NCBI GenBank assembly: GCA_045632345.1
Contig: JAZQWM010000008.1
Location: 58,236 to 122,235, forward strand
Origin: Eubacteriales bacterium
Lineage (GTDB): Bacteria; Bacillota; Clostridia; Oscillospirales; CAG-272
DNA length: 64,000 bases
Direction: 5' to 3'
Shown here: positions 17,940 through 26,377 of the stretch, piece after piece
Position numbering within the stretch: position 1 is the first letter of the stretch
How the letters are laid out: every line of letters starts with the position of its first letter
Program-made: the position numbers and the translations under genes
The notes under the pieces: generated by a model
What the model was told of the DNA's origin: nothing
The model's database searches: none
The model's input: only the letters and a program-made list of their open reading frames with translations

Positions 17940-18378
17940 CAAATCACAAACAAACACACATGAAAAGAAAGAAAAAAATTTTTTCAAAAAGCATTGGAAA
18001 AAGATAGTGGTAACAACGGTAGTTATATGCGGAGTAACGGTGTCGGTTATATTATTATATAAAAACGGCAACAAAATTACAAAATTATTTGAATACAAAC
18101 ACAACAAAACAAAAGTATTATCAACATCTGCAAATTCACAACAAACACAATCAAAATTAGAAGAAACACAAGAAATTATGGAGAAAATCGTTGAGAGTAT
18201 AGCTAATGAAAAGATACAAACTGTTTCACTAGTTAAAGGACATCCGTTGAAACTACCAAACGGAAAAAAGGCAATGCCAGCAAAGCAAGAAATTATTAGA
18301 ACGAATTTTCCTGGATACGATACAGAATTATATACATATCGAAAATCACATGAAAGAAATTATAACAAAATTGCATAA
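17923..18378 (+). CDS. single-pass membrane-anchored hypothetical protein
   Basis: Start set to ATG 17923 behind AAGGAGGG. K-rich N-terminus, one TM helix (IVVTTVVICGVTVSVILL). Confidence 0.55.
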   Translation: MKQKTSKSQTNTHEKKEKNFFKKHWKKIVVTTVVICGVTVSVILLYKNGNKITKLFEYKHNKTKVLSTSANSQQTQSKLEETQEIMEKIVESIANEKIQTVSLVKGHPLKLPNGKKAMPAKQEIIRTNFPGYDTELYTYRKSHERNYNKIA

Positions 18379-18389
18379 AGGAGGATTTT

Positions 18390-18620
18390 ATGGCTTATCA
18401 TGAATTAGAAGAAGGAGACGAAGAGTTTCTTGAAGAATGCCCAGTTTGTGGAAAAGGTTACATGGTTCCAACAATGGGAGACTGGTACCAATGTAGCGAA
18501 TGTGGTATCGAAGGAAAGGAAGATGACTACGGAATAATAGGCTATGATAGTAGCGTTTTTGGAAACACCGAATACTACGATGAATACGAAGATGATGAAG
18601 ACAATGAAGACAATGAATAA
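18390..18620 (+). CDS. small zinc-ribbon protein with acidic tail
   Basis: CPVCG...CSECG pairs; C-terminal YYDEYEDDEDNEDNE. AAAGGAGG RBS. Confidence 0.6.
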   Translation: MAYHELEEGDEEFLEECPVCGKGYMVPTMGDWYQCSECGIEGKEDDYGIIGYDSSVFGNTEYYDEYEDDEDNEDNE

Positions 18621-18660
18621 CTAAACTAAATAATATTTTACATAATTGGAGAAAAAGAAT

Positions 18661-18873
18661 ATGGCAAAAACAGCAACAGCAAGTTGGAGTATTGTAACAA
18701 GAGATGAACAAGGAGCAATCATAGATATTAGCTTTGAATGCCCACATTGTCATTATAATACAGGAGATATTATATTTGTTGGCGAGAGTGGTGTTGGAAA
18801 ACTTGATGGCTCATGGGAGACAGATCAGGTTTGTAAAATTTGTAACAAAGAAGTTACAGTTCAATGCTACTAA
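18661..18873 (+). CDS. small zinc-ribbon protein
   Basis: CPHC...CKIC pairs. Start moved to ATG 18661 (GGAGA 8 nt upstream); the track start at 18646 is TTG. Confidence 0.55.
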   Translation: MAKTATASWSIVTRDEQGAIIDISFECPHCHYNTGDIIFVGESGVGKLDGSWETDQVCKICNKEVTVQCY

Positions 18874-18886
18874 AATATAGTAAATA

Positions 18887-18918
18887 GCCCTACTGACAAA
18901 ATCAGCAGGGCTTAATTT
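18887..18918 (+). terminator. Rho-independent terminator
   Basis: GCCCTACTGA-CAAAA-TCAGCAGGGC followed by TTAATTTATTT. Confidence 0.7.
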
Positions 18919-18937
18919 ATTTAGCATGTGTTTTTTG

Positions 18938-18986
18938 ATTTCTTTTTTGCTTATCTTTTTTCTTTTTCCAAAGAAAAAAGTAAGTT
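18938..18986 (-). repeat. ~50-nt A/T palindromic module abutting a stop codon (copy 2)
   Basis: Minus strand reads TAACTTACTTTTTTCTTTGGAAAAAGAAAAAAGATAAGCAAAAAAGAAAT. Nearly identical to 9214-9262. Confidence 0.75.
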
Positions 18987-20859
18987 ATTTCGATTGTAGG
19001 TAAATCAAAAGAACGGAAATGTCCGCAGGGGAAACGCCGCTGATACGGGACGCTTGACCTAAGGTTAATGGCTTAACCTTGTTTAGCTTTTGACAGGCTT
19101 CTATGCGAAGTCCCTTAATTTCAGTATAATCAAGGTCGGCAGGAAGAGGTTTTTCCTCTAATTTTTCTGTTCTTGCAACCTCAGCTAACTGTTTTTTTAC
19201 ATAGCCGTCATATTTAATGTCTGTTTGAGCGGTAAAAACTACACTTTGAGGCAAAACAGGGCGGGATGTGTCGAATTTTGCCATATTGTTAAGGTCAATT
19301 TGAGGTCTTTTTATAAGCTCATAAAGAGTCATTCCTGCATAAAGCGGAGTTGTGCCTAATGCTTCAACAACCTCATTTACCTCTTTTGAGGGTTTAATGT
19401 GAACGGTTTTAAGTCTTTCCTTTTCCGCTTCGATTGCTTGTTGCTTTCTTTGATAGTAATCCCATTGCTTGTCGCTTACAAGACCTACACGGCGGCCGAT
19501 AGGAGTTAAACGCTTGTCCGCATTGTCTTGGCGTAGAAGGAGACGGTATTCGCTTCGTGAGGTCATCATTCTGTATGGCTCATTTGTGCCCTTTGTTACA
19601 AGGTCATCAATAAGCGTGCCGATATATGATGATGAGCGTGGTAAAATCATAGGCTCCTCGCCTTTGATTTTTAATACCGCATTGATACCTGCCACAAGAC
19701 CTTGGGCAGCGGCTTCCTCATATCCGGATGTGCCGTTAAACTGTCCTGCGCCGTAAAGACCGCTGATTTTCTTGTATTCAAGGGTGGCAAGAAGCTCTTG
19801 AGGGTCGGTGCAATCATATTCAATAGCGTATGCATAACGCATAATTTTTGCATTTTCAAAGCCTGTAAGAGAGTGTACCATTTTTTCTTGTACATCAATA
19901 GGCATACTTGTTGAAAAGCCTTGTAAGTAAATTTCTTTAGTATTTAAGCCCATAGGCTCAACGAAAAGCTGATGTCTTTCCTTGTCGGCAAAGCGTACGA
20001 TTTTATCCTCAATAGATGGGCAATATCTTGGACCTGTGCCTGTAATATTGCCTGAATACATTGCACTGCGCTTAATATTTGACTTAATAATTTCGTGAGT
20101 ATTTAGGTTTGTATAAACGATATAGCAAGGAATTTGGCTCTTCTTTTGGTATTCGTTTTCATCAGTTTCCCAACAGAAAGGAAGAGTATCGCTTTCTCCC
20201 TCTTGAATTTCAAGCTTGGAATAATCAATACTGTCAGCGTGAATTCTTGCAGGTGTGCCTGTCTTAAAGCGCATAAGATTTATACCCTCACGCTTTAACG
20301 CTTCCGTTAAGAAATTAGCACCGGAAAGTGAGTCAGGACCGCTTTGATAACAAATATTACCTGTGTGAATTGTGGCATTAAGATATGTACCTGTGCAAAT
20401 AATTGCGCACTGTGTCTTATATTCCTCGCCTAAACGGGTAATCACGCTATCAATTTTCTTTATGCCGTCTTCCTCTTTAGTTTTGATGTCAACAATTTCT
20501 GCTTGAATTACACGAAGGTTAGGCGTAGCTTCAAGAGTGGCTTTCATAATGTCGCGGTACTTCATTCTGTCCGCTTGTACTCTCTTTGAGTAAACTGCCG
20601 CACCCTTGCCTAAATTTAACGTTCTTGACTGTAACGTAACGTTGTCTGCGCCTCTGCCCATTTCTCCGCCAAGAGCATCAATTTCATATACTAAATGACC
20701 CTTTGCCGTGCCACCGATTGATGGATTGCAAGGCATATTGGCAATAGCGTCAAGGGACATAGTAAATAGAATGGTGTCCATTCCCATTCTTGCACAAGCA
20801 AGTGCTGCTTCTATTCCTGCGTGGCCTGCGCCTATTACGCATATCTGTGCACTTTTCAT
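18985..20859 (-). CDS. mnmG: tRNA uridine-5-carboxymethylaminomethyl synthesis enzyme MnmG (GidA)
   Basis: FAD motif VIGAGHAGIEAA; 624 aa; full-length GidA-like sequence (GGTAKGHLV, GQINGTSGYEEAAAQG-like). Confidence 0.95.
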   Translation of the reverse strand: MKSAQICVIGAGHAGIEAALACARMGMDTILFTMSLDAIANMPCNPSIGGTAKGHLVYEIDALGGEMGRGADNVTLQSRTLNLGKGAAVYSKRVQADRMKYRDIMKATLEATPNLRVIQAEIVDIKTKEEDGIKKIDSVITRLGEEYKTQCAIICTGTYLNATIHTGNICYQSGPDSLSGANFLTEALKREGINLMRFKTGTPARIHADSIDYSKLEIQEGESDTLPFCWETDENEYQKKSQIPCYIVYTNLNTHEIIKSNIKRSAMYSGNITGTGPRYCPSIEDKIVRFADKERHQLFVEPMGLNTKEIYLQGFSTSMPIDVQEKMVHSLTGFENAKIMRYAYAIEYDCTDPQELLATLEYKKISGLYGAGQFNGTSGYEEAAAQGLVAGINAVLKIKGEEPMILPRSSSYIGTLIDDLVTKGTNEPYRMMTSRSEYRLLLRQDNADKRLTPIGRRVGLVSDKQWDYYQRKQQAIEAEKERLKTVHIKPSKEVNEVVEALGTTPLYAGMTLYELIKRPQIDLNNMAKFDTSRPVLPQSVVFTAQTDIKYDGYVKKQLAEVARTEKLEEKPLPADLDYTEIKGLRIEACQKLNKVKPLTLGQASRISGVSPADISVLLIYLQSK

Positions 20860-20873
20860 ATAAATCCTCCAAT

Positions 20874-21084
20874 GCGAAACTCACAGGCTGGTGAAACCGA
20901 AAAGCAAATTTTAATAATGTTTTTTGCCTATCAAGACGATAACGAACCTTTCAAGGAAGGAATTTTCCCTTTAGGAGAAATTCCATTTTTGCTTTTCTAT
21001 TTACGAATACGGCTCTACCGTACACAAGTACGCCGACGCTTCGTATTCGAAAATTTTCCCTCACCCTCTGAGCTTCTTGTGTTC
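20874..21084 (-). promoter_or_regulatory. mnmG leader: bipartite motif shared with the typA leader, split by a ~160-nt hairpin-rich insert
   Basis: GCGAAACTCACAGGCTGGTGAAAC (20874-20897) and CCCTCACCCTCTGAGCTTCTTGTGTTC (21058-21084) match 24882-24903 and 24910-24936. Confidence 0.4.
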
Positions 21085-21125
21085 ATTTTAGAGTTGTAGT
21101 TGTTAGTCAGTGTGTGAAAATGTAG

Positions 21126-21608
21126 TTATTTATGGTATTTCGTACCATTAATAATGCTTAATGACCTATAAACCGTTTCGTGTAAAATAACTCTTAATAG
21201 CTGATGTGGGAAGGTTAATTTTGAGATTGAGAGCTTAAAATCAGACGCTTCCTTGACCTTTTTGGAAAGACCAAAGGATGAGCCGATGATAAAAACTATC
21301 TCGCTTTTGCCTAGGTTGGTTATCTCGGTTATCTTTGAGGCAAGCTCCTCGCTGGATAACTGCTTACCCTCAACACACATAGCGATTACGTATGATTTTG
21401 AGGAAAGCTTTTCTAAAATTCGCTTTTCCTCACATTCAAGGGCTTTGTCAATTTGTGATTGTGTGGGATTATCGGGAAGTCTTTCTTCCTTTAAGATAAT
21501 TTCCTCAATTTTGCACCAAGCGCCAAGTCTTTTTTGGTATTCCTTAATGGCGTTTTGCCAATATGCTTCTTTTACGTCGCCTGTGGCTATGATTTTTATA
21601 TTAAGCAT
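21126..21608 (-). CDS. rlmH: 23S rRNA (pseudouridine1915-N3)-methyltransferase RlmH
   Basis: 160-aa SPOUT protein with the typical N-terminus (IKIIATGDVKE..) and C-terminus (FPHQLLRVILHETVYRS). Confidence 0.9.
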   Translation of the reverse strand: MLNIKIIATGDVKEAYWQNAIKEYQKRLGAWCKIEEIILKEERLPDNPTQSQIDKALECEEKRILEKLSSKSYVIAMCVEGKQLSSEELASKITEITNLGKSEIVFIIGSSFGLSKKVKEASDFKLSISKLTFPHQLLRVILHETVYRSLSIINGTKYHK

Positions 21609-22855
21609 TATTCTCTATCCCCTAATTTTTCAGCGGCAGTCATAATTGCAATCTTTCCACTTTCAAACGTAAGACCGCCTTGTAAAAATGCGGTATATGG
21701 TGGGCGGATAGGACCGTCAGCTGAAATTTCAATTGATGAGCCTTGTGTAAATGCACCTGCTGCCATAATAACCTCGTCTTGATAGCCTGGCATTGCCCAT
21801 GGCACAGGAGTTACGTAGGAGTCAACGGGAGATGCACTTTGAATACCTTGACAGAATTTAATAAGTCCGTCAGGATAGCCAAACTTGATTGTTTGAATAA
21901 TATCGGAGCGCATTTCGTTATATTTTGGAGATACGTCAAAGCCTAATTTTTCAAACACATATGCGGCAAAATGCGCTGTTTTAATAGCCTGTGCCACAAT
22001 ATGAGGAGCTAAGAAAAAGCCCTTGAACATATTTCTGTTTTGACCTAAGGACGCGCCAACCTCTGTTCCTGTGCCGGCAGAGGTTAAACGGTAGGAAGCA
22101 AGCTCAACTGCTCTTTTTGTGCCTGCAATATAGCCGCCGCTTTCCGCAATTCCGCCACCCGGATTTTTAATAAGTGAGCCAATCATCATATCTGCTCCCA
22201 CTTGGCAAGGCTCTCTATCCTCACAAAATTCGCCGTAGCAGTTATCTACAACCACATACGCCTTGCTTCTTTTGTGAACAAAATCGCAAATTTCGCCAAT
22301 TTGGTCGATTGTAAGTGTTGGTCTGTTTAAGTATCCCTTTGAGCGTTGAATGAAAACAACCTTAACGCTGTCTCCATACTGGTTGAGCTTTGCTTCAATT
22401 CCATCAAAGTCGATTTCATCGTTTTTAAAATCTACTTGGTCGTATTTTACACCAAAGTCTGCAAGTGAGCCATCACCGTTTGCACCGTTAATGCCGATTA
22501 CCTCACAAAGAGTATCGTAAGGCTGATTTGTAACGGATAAAAGCACATCGTTTGGTCTTAAAAGTCCAAATAAGCCAATAGTCAAAGCGCTTGTGCCGTT
22601 AGCTATTGAGTGTCTTACAAATGCACTTTCAGCACCGAAAACGTCAGCATAAATTTTGTCAAGAGTGTCTCTGCCAATATCGTCATAGCCATAACCGGTA
22701 GTGCCTGCAAACATGCTTTCCGCAACCTTAAATTCCTTAAAGCTTTCAAGGACTCTTTGTGTATTTTTAAATGAAATTTCATCAATTTTAGCAAAAATAG
22801 GAGCAAGCTCCCTTTCCGCCTCAGATGCTATATTTAAAATCTTTTCTGAAAACAT
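21608..22855 (-). CDS. YnbB-like PLP-dependent enzyme (methionine gamma-lyase / 'aluminium resistance' family)
   Basis: N-terminal ...FAGTTGYGYDDIGRDTLDKIYADVFGAE is typical of this family. Stop overlaps the rlmH start. Confidence 0.75.
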   Translation of the reverse strand: MFSEKILNIASEAERELAPIFAKIDEISFKNTQRVLESFKEFKVAESMFAGTTGYGYDDIGRDTLDKIYADVFGAESAFVRHSIANGTSALTIGLFGLLRPNDVLLSVTNQPYDTLCEVIGINGANGDGSLADFGVKYDQVDFKNDEIDFDGIEAKLNQYGDSVKVVFIQRSKGYLNRPTLTIDQIGEICDFVHKRSKAYVVVDNCYGEFCEDREPCQVGADMMIGSLIKNPGGGIAESGGYIAGTKRAVELASYRLTSAGTGTEVGASLGQNRNMFKGFFLAPHIVAQAIKTAHFAAYVFEKLGFDVSPKYNEMRSDIIQTIKFGYPDGLIKFCQGIQSASPVDSYVTPVPWAMPGYQDEVIMAAGAFTQGSSIEISADGPIRPPYTAFLQGGLTFESGKIAIMTAAEKLGDRE

Positions 22856-22866
22856 ATGTAACCTCC

Positions 22867-22905
22867 CGCTTTTCTTTTCAGAAAGAAAAGCTTAGCAAAA
22901 GAAAT
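22867..22905 (+). repeat. A/T palindromic module, inverted copy
   Basis: GCTTTTCTTTTCAGAAAGAAAAGCTTAGCAAAAGAAATGG, about 80% like the minus-strand reading of 9214-9262. Confidence 0.6.
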
Positions 22906-22949
22906 GGGACAACGGTTGTAAAACAAAACCGTTTGCTTTTTTACATTAA

Positions 22950-22980
22950 ATTTCACAAAAGCCACTCACAGAGTGGCTTC
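22950..22980 (-). terminator. typA terminator
   Basis: AAGCCACTC-ACA-GAGTGGCTT. On the minus strand it is followed by TTTTGTGAAATTT. Confidence 0.7.
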
Positions 22981-23003
22981 GCGTATTTAATTGAAATCTA
23001 TTC

Positions 23004-23047
23004 GTTAGTCTAGCAGCTGATCACTGACCACTGACCACTGATCACTG
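23004..23047. repeat. heptamer-periodic tract
   Basis: GTTAGTC TAGCAGC TGATCAC TGACCAC TGACCAC TGATCAC. Runs into the typA stop codon. Confidence 0.8.
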
Positions 23048-24868
23048 CTTTTTCAATTTTGCTTGCGCCTTAAGTCTTAATGCTGTATCAAGAATTTTCT
23101 TTCTTAATCTGATTGACTTAGGTGTAACCTCGATAAGCTCATCATCTGCGATGTACTCAATAGCTTGCTCAAGGGATAATTGCTTTGGTGGAACAAGGAT
23201 AAGAGCTTCATCAGCGCCCTTTGAACGGATAGCAGTTAAATGCTTCTTTTGGCAAACGTTTAATACGATATCCTCCATCTTTGGACATTCGCCAACGATC
23301 ATTCCCTCATAAACAGGAGTTTGAACGCCGATAAACATAGCGCCTCTATCCTGTGTCTTAAATAGACCGTAGGATGTTGCTTCGCCTGTTTCGGATGCGA
23401 TAAGTGAGCCTGTAAATCTTGTTACAACCTCGCCCTTGAATGGTTGGTAGCCGTCAAAGAGTGTATTTAAAATACCCTCGCCCTTTGTATCTGTCATAAA
23501 CTCGTTTCTGTAACCGAGTAAGCATCTTGATGGGATGATATATTCAAGCTTTGTTCTTGAGCCTGTTGGGTCCATTTCTAAAAGCTCGCCCTTTCTTGCG
23601 CTGAGCTTTTGAATAACTGCACCTGCGCTCTCGCTTGGAACGTCAATAGAAACTCTTTCCATTGGCTCGTGTAAAATGCCGTCGATTGTCTTATAAAGAA
23701 CTCTTGGGGTTGAGCAGCAAAGCTCAAAGCCCTCACGGCGCATTGTTTCAATAAGGATTGATAAGTGCATTTCGCCTCTACCTGCAACTCTAAATGAGTC
23801 GGTAGTGTCGCCATCGCTTACACGGAGAGATACATCCTTAAGTGTTTCCTTATAAAGGCGGTCTCTAATTTGACGGGATGTTACGAATTTACCCTCTTTG
23901 CCTGCAAATGGGCTATCGTTAACTGCGAATGTCATTTCAAGAGTTGGCTCTGAAACCTTTACAAATTCAAGTGGCTCAACATTACCAACTGAGCAAAGTG
24001 TATCGCCGATTGAAAGCTCTTCAACACCTGAGAAGCAAACAATATCGCCAACTGTTGCGTTTTGTACCTGTGTACGGGAAAGACCGTCAAATTGGTAAAT
24101 TGAAACGATTTTTGCTCTTCTTGGAGCTGCATCTGAGTGATAGTTACATACTGTAACCTCTTGGTTAACCTTAAGTGAGCCTCTTTCAATTCTACCTACA
24201 CCGATTTTACCAACGTATTCGTTGTAGTCAATAGAGGAAACAAGTAATTGAAGGCTCTCATCCTCTTCTCCCTCTGGAGCAGGAATGTAATTTACGATTG
24301 TATCAAGAAGCGGAATTAAGTTTTCGCCCTCAACGTCTGGAGAGAATGAAGCTGTGCCTGCTCTACCTGAACAGAAAAGCATTGGAGAGTCAAGCTGTTC
24401 ATCAGTTGCGTTTAAGTCAATAAGAAGCTCTAAAACCTCATCAATAACCTCAGTTACGCGAGCATCAGGACGGTCAATCTTATTAACAACAACGATAATT
24501 CTGTGGTTTAACTCCATAGCCTTACGAAGAACGAATCTTGTTTGTGGCATTGGTCCCTCAGCCGCGTCAACTAAAAGAATAACGCCGTTTACCATTTTTA
24601 AGATACGCTCAACCTCGCCACCGAAGTCCGCGTGGCCTGGGGTGTCAATTACGTTAATTTTAATGTCGCCATAGTGAATAGCAGTATTTTTTGCAAGGAT
24701 AGTAATTCCTCTTTCCTTTTCAAGAGCGTTAGAGTCCATTACTCTGTCAGTAGTTGCTTGGTTTTCGTGATATGCACCACCTTGCTGAAGCATACCGTCA
24801 ACAAGAGTAGTTTTGCCGTGGTCAACGTGAGCAATAATAGCTACATTTCTTAAGTCTTCTCTTACCAT
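23042..24868 (-). CDS. typA: translational GTPase TypA/BipA
   Basis: G1 AHVDHGKTT, G3 DTPGHADF, NKID. 608 aa. Confidence 0.95.
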   Translation of the reverse strand: MVREDLRNVAIIAHVDHGKTTLVDGMLQQGGAYHENQATTDRVMDSNALEKERGITILAKNTAIHYGDIKINVIDTPGHADFGGEVERILKMVNGVILLVDAAEGPMPQTRFVLRKAMELNHRIIVVVNKIDRPDARVTEVIDEVLELLIDLNATDEQLDSPMLFCSGRAGTASFSPDVEGENLIPLLDTIVNYIPAPEGEEDESLQLLVSSIDYNEYVGKIGVGRIERGSLKVNQEVTVCNYHSDAAPRRAKIVSIYQFDGLSRTQVQNATVGDIVCFSGVEELSIGDTLCSVGNVEPLEFVKVSEPTLEMTFAVNDSPFAGKEGKFVTSRQIRDRLYKETLKDVSLRVSDGDTTDSFRVAGRGEMHLSILIETMRREGFELCCSTPRVLYKTIDGILHEPMERVSIDVPSESAGAVIQKLSARKGELLEMDPTGSRTKLEYIIPSRCLLGYRNEFMTDTKGEGILNTLFDGYQPFKGEVVTRFTGSLIASETGEATSYGLFKTQDRGAMFIGVQTPVYEGMIVGECPKMEDIVLNVCQKKHLTAIRSKGADEALILVPPKQLSLEQAIEYIADDELIEVTPKSIRLRKKILDTALRLKAQAKLKKQ

Positions 24869-24881
24869 AAGTACTTCCTTT

Positions 24882-24936
24882 CGCGATCCTCACAGGCTGG
24901 AAACATTTCTCCTCGCTCTCTGAGGCTCTTGTTTTC
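24882..24936 (-). promoter_or_regulatory. typA leader motif (compact version of the mnmG leader motif)
   Basis: GCGATCCTCACAGGCTGGAAAC ... TCCTCGCTCTCTGAGGCTCTTGTTTTC, 14-70 nt upstream of the start codon. Confidence 0.4.
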
Positions 24937-25017
24937 TTATTTATATAAAGATAAATTATATATAAAAATATAAAGCGGCAATATTATAGCACAACAATTT
25001 CAAAAAATAAAGTGTTT

Positions 25018-26136
25018 TTATAAAAATTTTTCAAGAAAAACACAAAAAATTAAGAGAACCATCAAAAATATTACATTTAGAAGCGTGAAAACGCCAAAAT
25101 ATTTCTTCTTTTTGTCAGGCTGATAGCGTGAAAATTCGGAAAAAGTGATTAAGCTTGCAAGTGATGCGATAATTGTACCTGTGCCACCGATATTAACGCC
25201 AAGTAAAAGTGATTTATAGTTATCGGTAAATTGGGATAAAAGCACGGCAGAAGGCACATTTGAAATAAACTGACAGGACATAGCAGACACTAAAAGGGTG
25301 TTTTTATCTAAAAGTCCTGACATAAAATTGCGTATCACGTCAATTCTTGACATATTTCCCGCAAAAATAAAGAACATTAAAAACGTTAAAAGAAGTGGGT
25401 AATCAACCTTTAAAAATGCTTTTTTATCGAGCATAAAAATTCCAACTGCAATTATAACTGCGGCGATTAAGTAATGAACAACTGAGAATACCGCAAGGAT
25501 TGATACCGCAAAAAGCATAATATAGATGGCGGTGCGCCTAGGCTGAAATTCTATTGCGTCCTCGCTTTCTGAAAGCACCATTTTTGTTTTTGGAAAAAAT
25601 AGCACGGATAATGTTAGCATTAAAACCGCAAGCAAAAACGGAAATACCATAATACCCATAAATTCAAGAGTTGGTATGTTAAATTTAGTGTATAAATATA
25701 GGTTTTGTGGGTTGCCGAAGGGGGTAAGCATACCGCCTAAATTTGCCGCAATATTCTGTAAAACGAACACCCAAGCCATGTATTTGTGGTTACCTGTGTC
25801 GCTTAATACGAAATAGCCAAGGGGCAAAAACGTAATTAACGCCATATCGTTGGCAATAAAAAGTGAGCCTATAAAGGTTATATAAAGTAGAGCCAAAACA
25901 CATGCTCTGAGGTTAGGCGCTAAGCTTACAATCTTTCTTGAAACCAAGGTAAAAAAGCGAATATTCTTTAAAGCGCACACCACAAGAAGTGTAGCAAAAA
26001 GACAGAAAAGCGTCTTAAAGTCAATATATTCAAAGTACGTTACGTCAGGTGGCACAATAACCATTGTAGTTAGCGCCACAATCATGGCTACGGTCAATAC
26101 AGCATGACCCATGAAAAATTTATAAACTGTCTTCAT
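25018..26136 (-). CDS. polytopic anion/citrate-transporter-like permease (ArsB/NhaD-SLC13 superfamily)
   Basis: About 10-12 TM helices over 372 aa. Family assignment rests on overall resemblance only. Confidence 0.5.
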   Translation of the reverse strand: MKTVYKFFMGHAVLTVAMIVALTTMVIVPPDVTYFEYIDFKTLFCLFATLLVVCALKNIRFFTLVSRKIVSLAPNLRACVLALLYITFIGSLFIANDMALITFLPLGYFVLSDTGNHKYMAWVFVLQNIAANLGGMLTPFGNPQNLYLYTKFNIPTLEFMGIMVFPFLLAVLMLTLSVLFFPKTKMVLSESEDAIEFQPRRTAIYIMLFAVSILAVFSVVHYLIAAVIIAVGIFMLDKKAFLKVDYPLLLTFLMFFIFAGNMSRIDVIRNFMSGLLDKNTLLVSAMSCQFISNVPSAVLLSQFTDNYKSLLLGVNIGGTGTIIASLASLITFSEFSRYQPDKKKKYFGVFTLLNVIFLMVLLIFCVFLEKFL

Positions 26137-26163
26137 TGTAAGTGCTCCTTTCAGTCGCTTTTT

Positions 26164-26198
26164 AGTGACTAGTGGTCAGTGGTCAGGGGTTAGCTGAC
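26164..26198. repeat. heptamer-periodic tract
   Basis: TAGTGAC TAGTGGT CAGTGGT CAGGGGT TAGCTGA. Confidence 0.75.
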
Positions 26199-26323
26199 AA
26201 AATATTTCCCAATGCATAATACAACTTTTTTGTCTGTTTGTCAATATTTTATTGACATATATTATATAAAATGTTAAAATTATATAGACAGATAACCTAT
26301 TAAATCTGTGTATAACAAATCTC

Positions 26324-26358
26324 GCTGATGGCTGGTGGCTGACTGCTGACGGCTAAAG
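26324..26358. repeat. heptamer-periodic tract
   Basis: GCTGATG GCTGGTG GCTGACT GCTGACG GCTAAAG. Confidence 0.75.
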
Positions 26359-26377
26359 CAACCGAAGGGAGCTTTTT

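Noticed and set aside
16209-18985. AT-rich islet as a prophage.
   Set aside because: It has no capsid, tail, terminase, integrase or lysis genes. At only 2.7 kb it is at most a remnant or small cassette.
20821-21099. 92-aa plus-strand ORF in the mnmG leader region.
   Set aside because: It starts inside mnmG on the opposite strand, has no RBS and spans hairpin repeats. The region is better explained as a structured 5' leader or repeat insertion.
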